The notes beneath the pieces were generated by a model, which did no database searches, was not told the origin of the DNA, and saw only the letters and a list, made by a program, of their open reading frames with translations. Source: Armatimonadota bacterium (GTDB taxonomy: Bacteria > Sysuimicrobiota > Sysuimicrobiia > Sysuimicrobiales > Kaftiobacteriaceae). From it: a stretch of 48,904 bases of DNA. Shown in pieces: positions 1 to 7,542 of the stretch; the first letter of the stretch is position 1; each line of letters starts with the position of its first letter. The stretch lies in contig JBBIUY010000012.1 in NCBI GenBank assembly GCA_037440005.1, positions 25,165 to 74,068 of the forward strand. The letters are read 5' to 3'. A program made the translations under genes and the position numbers.

Positions 1-603
1 TCCATACCACCACGAATGGGCGGGGCGTCGAGAACTGCACTCTCCACCCCGCCCAATCCTGGTGGGCCCTGAGGGACTCGAACCCCCGACGCGTCGCTCG
101 GCGCGATCCCCGGGTGCCTATTGCACCCGGGGCCCTCACAGGAAGATTGATCGCGCCTTCGCTCCACCTGAGGGGCTCCGCCCCTCGGTCGGAATCGCTT
201 CGCGATTCCTGTCACCCCGACTACATAGGGGAGGTCCCTCCCCTATGACCCCTCGGCGTCGGGGGTTCGTTCTCCATACCACCACGAATGGGCGGGGCGT
301 CGAGAACTGCACTCTCCACCCCGCCCATTCCTGGTGGGCCCTGAGGGACTCGAACCCCCGACGCGTCGCTCGGCGCGATCCCCGGGTGCCTATTGCACCC
401 GGGGCCCTCACAGGAAGATTGATCGCGCCTTCGCTCCACCTGAGGGGCTCCGCCCCTCGGTCGGAATCGCTTCGCGATTCCTGTCACCCCGACTACATAG
501 GGGAGGTCCCTCCCCTATGACCCCTCGGCGTCGGGGGTTCGTTCTCCATACCACCACGAATGGGCGGGGCGTCGAGAACTGCACTCTCCACCCCGCCCAT
601 TCC
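1..603 (-). repeat. Tandem array of 272-bp units downstream of tRNA-Lys; each unit ends in a 33-nt copy of the tRNA 3' end (full units 332-603 and 60-331, partial unit 1-59 running off the window)
   Basis: tggtgggccctgagggactcgaacccccgacgc starts at 60, 332 and 604 (period 272). The two full units look identical; the partial unit differs at position 56 (a instead of t). Confidence 0.95.
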
Positions 604-679
604 TGGTGGGCCCTGAGGGACTCGAACCCCCGACGCCCGGGTTAAAAGCCCGGCGCTCTACCCGCTGAGCTAAGGGCCC
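604..679 (-). tRNA. tRNA-Lys (TTT)
   Basis: Reverse complement GGGCCCTTAGCTCAG...CTTTTAA...GGTTCGAGTCCC...GGGCCCACCA; 76-nt cloverleaf with CCA; TAGAAT -10-like box upstream. Confidence 0.97.
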
Positions 680-751
680 GCACGGGTCATTCTAGCACAC
701 GCCGGCCGGGCCGACGGGAACCGCCGGCACATCCGTCGAACTGCTCTGACG

Positions 752-2683
752 ATGCCTGTCGTCGCTCCCTACGGGACCTGGGCGTCTCCCATCACCGCCG
801 ACCTGGTGGCGGGCCAGGGCGTGGTGCTGGGCGAGGTCGCAGGCGACGGTCCCGACCTGTACTGGTCCGAGCTGCGGCCGGCGGAGGGCGGCAGGAAGGT
901 CATCGTCCGGCGGACTCCCGACGGCCGCACCGGGGACGTCCTCCCCCCGCCCTTTAACGCCCGCACCACCGTCCACGAGTACGGCGGGGGAGACTTCGTG
1001 GTGGACGGCGGCGTCATCTACTTCTCCAATTTCGCCGACCAGAGGTTGTACCGGCTGCGGCCGGGAGACGCCCCGCTGCCGCTGACCCCGCCGGGGGCCT
1101 GGCGCTACGCCGACGCCGTCGTCGACCGACATGGCCTGCGCCTGGTCTGCGTGTGCGAGGACCACACCCGCGGCGACCAGGAGGCGGAGAACTGCGTGGC
1201 GGCCGTGCCCCTGGACGGCTGTCCTCCGCAGGTGCTGGTGCGGGGGGCGGACTTCTACGCGTCCCCCCGCCTCAGCCCCGACGGCCGCCGGCTGGCGTGG
1301 CTGAGCTGGGACCATCCCAACATGCCCTGGGACGGGACGACCCTGTGGGTGGCCCCGGTGCGGGCCGACGGCACGGTGGGCGAAGCGCGCCGCGTGGCCG
1401 GGGGGCCCGACGAGTCCGTCTTCCAGCCCGAGTGGTCGCCCGACGGCGTCCTGTACTTCGTCTCGGACCGCACCGGATGGTGGAACCTGTACCGCTGGCG
1501 CGAGTCCGACGACGCCGTCGAGCCGCTGGCCCCGCAGGAGGCCGAGTTCGGCCGTCCCCAGTGGCTCTTCCGAATGTCGACGTACGGATTCGTGGACGCG
1601 ACCACCCTCGTGTGTTCCTTCATCGCCCGCGGGGTGTGGCACCTGGCCCTGTTGGACACCCGGCGGAGGTCGCTGGACGTCCTGGACCTGGGCTACACCG
1701 ACATCCACCAGGTAACCCCGGCGGCAGGCGCCGTGTACTTCATCGGCGGCTCGCCCACCGAGGCCCCGGCTCTGGTCCGCCTGGACGTGGCCCGCTGGAC
1801 GGCGGAGGTGATCCGGTCCTCCCGCCCGCAGCCCGTCGATCCCGCGTACATCTCGATCCCGCAGGCCATCGAGTTCCCCACCGCCGGGGGGCGGACGACC
1901 CACGGGTGGTACTACCCTCCCACCAACAAGGACTTCACCGGTCCGCCCGGACAGCGCCCTCCGCTGCTCGTAGTGGCCCACGGCGGCCCCACGTCCTTCT
2001 CCCCGGCTGTCCTGCGCCTGGAGTTCCAGTACTGGACCAGCCGGGGCTTTGCCCTGGCGGACGTGAACTACGGAGGCAGCACCGGCTACGGCCGCGCCTA
2101 CCGCAACCGGCTGCGCGGGCAGTGGGGCGAAGTCGACGTGGACGACTGCGTTCAGGCCGCCCGCTACCTGGTGGAACGCGGCCTAGCGGACGGGGCGCGG
2201 CTGGCCATCCGGGGCGGGAGCGCCGGCGGGTACACCACCCTGTGCGCGCTGGCGTTCCGGGACGTCTTCCGGGCCGGCGCGTCCTACTTCGGGGTCAGCG
2301 ACCTGGAGGCGCTGCACCGGGAGACCCACAAGTTCGAGTCGCGGTACGACCACCACCTGGTCGGCCCGTACCCGGAGCGGGCCGACCTGTTCCGCGCCCG
2401 CTCGCCGGTCCACGCCGCCCACCGGATCCGCGTCCCGGTCATCTTCTTCCAGGGGCTGGAGGACCGGGTGGTGCCGCCCAACCAGTCGGAGATGATGGTG
2501 GACGCCCTGCGGCGGGGCGGGATCCCCGTGGCGTATCTGGTCTTTGAGGGAGAACAGCACGGGTTTCGCCGCGCCGAGACGATCCGCCGCACTCTGGAGG
2601 CGGAGCTGTACTTCTACGGCCGCATCTTCGGGTTCACGCCGGCCGACCCTCTCCCGCCCGTGCGCATCCACAACCTCGACTGA
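752..2683 (+). CDS. S9 family (prolyl oligopeptidase / acylaminoacyl) peptidase
   Basis: APYGTWASPI N-terminus, propeller-type region, HGGP, nucleophile motif GGSAGG, D-x-VVP and EQHGF catalytic motifs. Confidence 0.93.
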   Translation: MPVVAPYGTWASPITADLVAGQGVVLGEVAGDGPDLYWSELRPAEGGRKVIVRRTPDGRTGDVLPPPFNARTTVHEYGGGDFVVDGGVIYFSNFADQRLYRLRPGDAPLPLTPPGAWRYADAVVDRHGLRLVCVCEDHTRGDQEAENCVAAVPLDGCPPQVLVRGADFYASPRLSPDGRRLAWLSWDHPNMPWDGTTLWVAPVRADGTVGEARRVAGGPDESVFQPEWSPDGVLYFVSDRTGWWNLYRWRESDDAVEPLAPQEAEFGRPQWLFRMSTYGFVDATTLVCSFIARGVWHLALLDTRRRSLDVLDLGYTDIHQVTPAAGAVYFIGGSPTEAPALVRLDVARWTAEVIRSSRPQPVDPAYISIPQAIEFPTAGGRTTHGWYYPPTNKDFTGPPGQRPPLLVVAHGGPTSFSPAVLRLEFQYWTSRGFALADVNYGGSTGYGRAYRNRLRGQWGEVDVDDCVQAARYLVERGLADGARLAIRGGSAGGYTTLCALAFRDVFRAGASYFGVSDLEALHRETHKFESRYDHHLVGPYPERADLFRARSPVHAAHRIRVPVIFFQGLEDRVVPPNQSEMMVDALRRGGIPVAYLVFEGEQHGFRRAETIRRTLEAELYFYGRIFGFTPADPLPPVRIHNLD

Positions 2684-2792
2684 ACGCTCGCGCCGCGGGC
2701 CGCCGCCGTCTCCCCTCCGGACGACGGTGAGGGTCTGACCCCAAAATCCTGATGAAAATGTAAATCACAAATCAACTGATTCTTCCGGGGGT

Positions 2793-3845
2793 CTACGGCC
2801 CCGACGGGAGGTATCGGAGCAGGAACGTGAGCCAGTTCCCTCCCATCAGCCGTCCCACGTCGTCGGGGCTGTACCCGCGGCGGAGCAGGGCCTCGGTGAG
2901 CCGCGGCAGTTCCGCGTGGGTGGGGATCTCGGCCACCGTCTTGTGGGCGTTCTCCCGGGGCGGTTCCGCCGGCGGCAGATAGTCCATGCGCAGGCGGTCG
3001 ATGTCGTCCACGAAGGTGATGAAGTCAAAGCCGAACCCCACCCGCTCGATGCCGGCGACCTCCACCGCGTGGTCCACGTGGCGGAGGAACTCCTCCAGGG
3101 TGGCGACCCGGTGGCTGATGACGAACGACTGGATCATGAGGCTGACCAGGCCGCCGCGGGCGCTCAGCGCCCGGATCTGGTCGTCGGTGAGGTTGCGGGC
3201 GTGGGGGAACAGGGCGGCGGCGTTGGAGTGCGAGGCCACCACCGGCCCGGCGGCGGTCTCCAGGAGGTCCCAGAAGCTGCGCTCGTTGAGGTGCGAGGCG
3301 TCCCAGATCACCCCCAGCCGGTCACCCGCCTGCACCAGGGCTTTCCCCAGCGGCGTCAGCCCCTCCCGGCTGTCCTGCCGGGCCCCGCTGGCAAAGGCGT
3401 TGCGCTCGTTCCACGCCAGGCCCACCACCCGCACCCCCAGCTCCACGAACGCCTCCAGCAGGTCCGGTTCGTACCCCAGCGGCGCGCACCCCTCCAGCCC
3501 GGGGATCAGGGCCGTGCGGCCGTCCTGCACCGCCTGCCGCAGCGCCTCCCCCGTGTCGGCGATGGCGAACTGCTGCGGGCTGGCCGCCGCCGCCCGCCGC
3601 AGCCGCGTCAACGCCACCAGCGCCCGGCGCAGCCCGTCGGGCAGGTACTCCAGCTCGACCCAGACGGGGCTGACCACCACGTCCACGCCCCCGTCCCGGA
3701 GGGCCCGTCCCAGAGGGGTGTCGCCCAGGGCCGGAGGGTCGCCGCCCCGGGCGTCGGCCGCGCGCGCCAGGGCCAGAGGCAGGTCGCAGTGTCCGTCCAC
3801 CACCGTGAGGCTGCGGTGGAAGGCCAGAAGTTCGTCCGGGCTCAT
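2793..3845 (-). CDS. Membrane dipeptidase (M19 family)
   Basis: VVDGHCD, D-x-SH, ASHSN, RNLTDDQ, GFGFDF and C-terminal MGGNW motifs; ATG at 3845 after GGAGG. Confidence 0.88.
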   Translation of the reverse strand: MSPDELLAFHRSLTVVDGHCDLPLALARAADARGGDPPALGDTPLGRALRDGGVDVVVSPVWVELEYLPDGLRRALVALTRLRRAAAASPQQFAIADTGEALRQAVQDGRTALIPGLEGCAPLGYEPDLLEAFVELGVRVVGLAWNERNAFASGARQDSREGLTPLGKALVQAGDRLGVIWDASHLNERSFWDLLETAAGPVVASHSNAAALFPHARNLTDDQIRALSARGGLVSLMIQSFVISHRVATLEEFLRHVDHAVEVAGIERVGFGFDFITFVDDIDRLRMDYLPPAEPPRENAHKTVAEIPTHAELPRLTEALLRRGYSPDDVGRLMGGNWLTFLLRYLPSGP

Positions 3846-3868
3846 GGGACGGCCTCCGCGGGGCGCCC

Positions 3869-4267
3869 TCACTCCAGCCCCATGGCGGTGTAGGAGTCCG
3901 GCCGCAGCCGGATGCTCACCCGGTGCTGGGGCGCGTCGGTGGGCGGATACTGGTAGGGCCGCCCCCGGTACCGCAGGGACAGCCTGTCGATGTCCCGGGC
4001 GCCGTTGGCCGGGTCCAGCCGCACCGGACCGCGGACCTGGACGTATCGGTACGGGTCGTCCCGATCCACCACGACCACCGCCGCATAAGGATGGCGGCGC
4101 AGGTTGCGCCACTTGGCCCGGCCGGCCGACGTGTTCATGAGGATCTCGTCCCCGTCGAGGAGGAACCACACCGGGGTGGCCTGGGGCCGGCCCCGGGGTC
4201 CCACCGTGGCCAGCACCGCCAGGTTGGGCTTGTCCAAAAACGCACGGACGTGGTCGGGCAACCGCAT
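3869..4267 (-). CDS. PPOX-class (split beta-barrel) F420/flavin-dependent oxidoreductase
   Basis: LATVGPRGRPQATPVW...K-x-RNLRR-x-P motifs; GAGGT RBS before ATG 4267. Confidence 0.85.
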   Translation of the reverse strand: MRLPDHVRAFLDKPNLAVLATVGPRGRPQATPVWFLLDGDEILMNTSAGRAKWRNLRRHPYAAVVVVDRDDPYRYVQVRGPVRLDPANGARDIDRLSLRYRGRPYQYPPTDAPQHRVSIRLRPDSYTAMGLE

Positions 4268-4457
4268 GGATACCTCTCGCACCGTCGGAGTATCGTTTCC
4301 CCCATCCTAGAGCATCGCCGCGGAACCGGCAACGCGGGCGGCGCGCGTCCGGCGTGCCGTTCCCCGGCCCCACCGCCGGCCGGGACCGCGTCGGTAGGAC
4401 CCGGGGGCCGGAACACCGAACCCCTCCAGCAAACTTCCCGACACGAGGTGATGGCCG

Positions 4458-5294
4458 ATGTGTGTCCCGCAGACGTTTGAGGCTGTGCGGCTGGACCGCC
4501 GCAGCTTTCTGCGGATGGCCGCCGGCACGGCCGTGGGCGCGGCCCTGGGAGGGGCGGCCCTGCTGCCGGCCCCGGCCCGGGCGCAGACCCGGTCGCTGTC
4601 CTACGCCAACATCATGGACCTGACCCACGTCCTGCACAGCCGCTTTCCGTCGTTCAACCCCGACTTCTTCCCGCGCCTGTCCCGCCGGCCGTATGTGACC
4701 ATCGAGAAGAACGGGTTCTACGGCAACATCGTCTCCTACTGGGAGCACACCGGCACCCACATGGACGCGCCCGCCCACTTCGTCACGGGCCGGTGGTTCG
4801 TCCACGAGATCCCGGCCAGCCGCCTGATCGGCCCGGCCGTGGTGATCCACATCCACGAGAAGGCCGCCCGCAACCCCGACGCCCAGGTGACTCCCGACGA
4901 CATCCGGGCGTACGAGGAGAAGTACGGCCGCATCCCCGACGGGGCCGTGGTGTTCATGCACAGCGGGTGGGAGCAGTGGGTCAACGACGAGATGTCCTAC
5001 CGGCGGCCGGACAGTACCGGGACCATGCACTTCCCCGGCTTTCACCCGGAAGCGGCGCAGATGCTGGTGGAGGAGCGCAACATCATCGGGATCGGCGTGG
5101 ACACCCTCAGCCTGGACTACGGCCGGAGCACCGACTTCAAGACCCACCTGACCATCCTGGGGGCCAACAAGTGGGGCCTGGAGAACGTGGCCAACCTGGC
5201 GCGGATCCCACCCCGGGGCGCCACCGTGTTCGTGGGCGCCCCCAAGCTGGCCTACGGGTCGGGCGGGCCGATGCGGCTGATCGCGGTGTGGTGA
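4458..5294 (+). CDS. Cyclase family metal-dependent hydrolase (kynurenine formamidase-like) with twin-arginine signal peptide
   Basis: HTGTHMDAPAHF, GVDTLS and LENVANL motifs; N-terminal RRSFL, hydrophobic stretch and ARA cleavage site. Confidence 0.9.
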   Translation: MCVPQTFEAVRLDRRSFLRMAAGTAVGAALGGAALLPAPARAQTRSLSYANIMDLTHVLHSRFPSFNPDFFPRLSRRPYVTIEKNGFYGNIVSYWEHTGTHMDAPAHFVTGRWFVHEIPASRLIGPAVVIHIHEKAARNPDAQVTPDDIRAYEEKYGRIPDGAVVFMHSGWEQWVNDEMSYRRPDSTGTMHFPGFHPEAAQMLVEERNIIGIGVDTLSLDYGRSTDFKTHLTILGANKWGLENVANLARIPPRGATVFVGAPKLAYGSGGPMRLIAVW

Positions 5295-5423
5295 CCACCC
5301 CACCCGTGCGGGGTATGGGATCCGGGGGCCTGCGCGCCGGAATCCCGCCGGCTCGGACCGGCGTCCGCAGACCTTCCGGCGCACAGCCCCCGGTTCCGAC
5401 CCCGGACCTTTCCAGGGTGACCC

Positions 5424-6455
5424 GTGTGGCGCGGAGTCATTGAACAGTACCGTCGGTTCCTCCCGGTCTCCGACGCCACGCCGGTGGTCACCCTCGGTGA
5501 GGGCGGCACGCCCCTGCTCGAGTCCCGGGCCGGCCGGCTGCTGGGCCTGCGCCTGCGGGTCAAGTACGAGGCCACCAATCCCACCGGGTCGTTCAAAGAC
5601 CGCGGCATGACCGTCGCCGTCAGCAAGGCCGTGGAGGCAGGGGCCCGGGCGGTGATCTGCGCGTCCACCGGCAACACCGCGGCCTCGGCGGCGGCCTATG
5701 CGGCGCGGGCGGGACTGTCCTGCGTGCTGCTGGTGCCCGCCGGCGGCGTGGCGGCGGGCAAGATGGCCCAGGCCGTCGCCCACGGGGCCACCATCATCCC
5801 CGTGCGGGCGGGCTTCGACCGGGTCCTGGACCTGGCCCGACAGGCCGCCGAGCGCTTCGGGCTCGCGCTGGTCAACTCTGTCAACCCGCACCGGCTGGCG
5901 GGCCAGAAGACCGCGGCCTTTGAGATCTGCGACGAGATGGGCCGGGCGCCGGAGATCCTGGCCATCCCGGTGGGCAACGCCGGGAACATCACGGCCTACT
6001 GGATGGGCTTTGAGGAGTACCGGGCGGCGGGACGCATCGGCCGGCCGCCCCGGATGGTCGGCGTGCAGGCGGAGGGCGCGGCGCCCCTGGTGCGGGGGGA
6101 GGCCGTGGAACACCCTCAGACGGTGGCCTCGGCCATCCGCATCGGGCGGCCGGCCAGTTGGGACGGAGCGGTCCGCGCCGTGCGGGAGTCCGGCGGGCGG
6201 TTTGTGGCGGTCAGCGACGAGCGGATCCTCGCCGCCCGGGACCTGCTGGCTCAGGAAGGCCTGTTCGTGGAACCGGCCGCCGCCGCCTCGGTGGCCGGAG
6301 CCCTGCTCCTGGCGGAGCAGGGCGATCTGGCCGGCGAGGTGGTGTGCGTGCTGACCGGCCACGGGCTGAAGGACCCCGAGGCCGTCCCGGGCCGCGACGC
6401 ACTGCCCGAGCCCGTCCCCGACACCCTGGAGGCGATCGCCCGGCGGCTACCCTGA
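5424..6455 (+). CDS. thrC: Threonine synthase (PLP-dependent)
   Basis: NPTGSFKDRG PLP lysine, CASTGNT, PVGNAGNI and LTGHGLKDP motifs. Confidence 0.93.
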   Translation: MWRGVIEQYRRFLPVSDATPVVTLGEGGTPLLESRAGRLLGLRLRVKYEATNPTGSFKDRGMTVAVSKAVEAGARAVICASTGNTAASAAAYAARAGLSCVLLVPAGGVAAGKMAQAVAHGATIIPVRAGFDRVLDLARQAAERFGLALVNSVNPHRLAGQKTAAFEICDEMGRAPEILAIPVGNAGNITAYWMGFEEYRAAGRIGRPPRMVGVQAEGAAPLVRGEAVEHPQTVASAIRIGRPASWDGAVRAVRESGGRFVAVSDERILAARDLLAQEGLFVEPAAAASVAGALLLAEQGDLAGEVVCVLTGHGLKDPEAVPGRDALPEPVPDTLEAIARRLP

Positions 6456-6516
6456 CGCCCGGCACGGGCGCGATGCGTGATCTGGGGATCAGGGATCGGT
6501 GTGGCCGGTCCCGTCC

Positions 6517-6936
6517 CTAAAAGCGCGGCTGCACCGGCTGAAAGCCCGGCGCCTGGGGCGCCGGCGCGGGGGCGAAGGGGAGCCCGGGGATTCGGGGACC
6601 CTGGTACGGCCGCAGCGGGAAGTACTCGGGAGGGCTGCCGGGGACCCCCGGCTGGCCGTCCGGGCCCGGCATCAGCTGGTACAGCCGGCCCTGATAGTAG
6701 AACAGGATGACCGGGTCGCACTCACCCTGGCCGGGGACGGGCTGCTGGCCCGGTCCCTGGCCCTGCGGACCCGGCAGCGGGATGAACTCCGGCTGCACGG
6801 GCACGGCCTGGGCGGGCACAGCCGCCGTCGGCCTCCGCGCCGCCACGGCTCCGGCCTGCCATCCGGCCAGGTACAGCCCCGCGGCCGCGGCCGCAGCCCC
6901 GATCATGACTCCCGCCAGCACCAGACGCCGTCCCAC
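6517..6936 (-). CDS. Hypothetical Pro/Gln/Gly-rich protein with N-terminal membrane anchor or signal
   Basis: GC3-biased ORF; GGAGGG RBS before GTG 6936; a TATAGT -10-like box at 6974-6979 overlaps the longer predicted start. Confidence 0.65.
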   Translation of the reverse strand: MGRRLVLAGVMIGAAAAAAGLYLAGWQAGAVAARRPTAAVPAQAVPVQPEFIPLPGPQGQGPGQQPVPGQGECDPVILFYYQGRLYQLMPGPDGQPGVPGSPPEYFPLRPYQGPRIPGLPFAPAPAPQAPGFQPVQPRF

Positions 6937-7064
6937 GCCGATCCCTCCCCGCTCGCCCGCAGGTCTTGCGTTCACTATACCACCGGCGGCGGCTGTGCGG
7001 TCAGGACCGCGGGCCCCAGCCGCCTCTGTTGCGGGGCCAGCGGGGGCGCCCGTACAATGAAGCC

Positions 7065-7421
7065 ATGGCGCTGGTGTTCACCTTCCCCTGCGGCGGGTGC
7101 GGCCGCCGGTACAGCATCTACTACCCCAAGGCGCTGCTGTACGAGCTCAGCGGGACGGCACCCCGGGAGATGGGGGTCCGGGAGGACGAGGCCGACCGGG
7201 CCTCGGGAGCCGTGGACGCCGCCCGGGCCCGGGCCGAGGCGGCCGGCCACATCTTCATCGACGCCGGCCAGGAGCTGGCCCGGGTGTGCGCGTGCGGCAA
7301 GCGATTGGACTTCAACATCATGCACCACCCCCGGGTGCCCCAGTCCCGGGAGGTCCTGCGCCGGCGCCAGACCGGCCTGCTGCCCATGCCGGCTCCGCTG
7401 AAAAAGCCCCCGGGCGGCTAG
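7065..7421 (+). CDS. Small putative zinc-binding protein (CxxC...CxC), probably leaderless
   Basis: MALVFTFPCGGCG...VCACG; strong GC3 bias; TACAAT 6 nt before the ATG and no SD. Confidence 0.75.
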   Translation: MALVFTFPCGGCGRRYSIYYPKALLYELSGTAPREMGVREDEADRASGAVDAARARAEAAGHIFIDAGQELARVCACGKRLDFNIMHHPRVPQSREVLRRRQTGLLPMPAPLKKPPGG

Positions 7422-7542
7422 CGCGCCTCCGGCCGTCCTCCCGCCCGCCTCCCCTGCCGCCGGGCCGCACCGGAGGAGGCGGCTTCCCCCGCACGAACCT
7501 CCATAGGTGCACCGCTGTGGATCGCGTGTCAGGAGGGAGACC

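Noticed and set aside
1..603. CRISPR array
   Set aside because: The 33-nt repeat is a tRNA 3' end, the intervening 239 nt are identical rather than unique spacers, and no cas genes are present.
62..645. ORFs 62..520, 334..645, 136..411 and 221..487
   Set aside because: They lie inside the repeat array or tRNA, with no RBS, no coding-like codon bias and no recognisable motifs.
2793..6362. 1189-aa ORF, and similar long ORFs such as 7608..10799, 20726..23941 and 45499..48423
   Set aside because: High-GC shadow or upstream-extended frames overlapping well-supported genes; only the 3' parts of some are real (dipeptidase, SDR).
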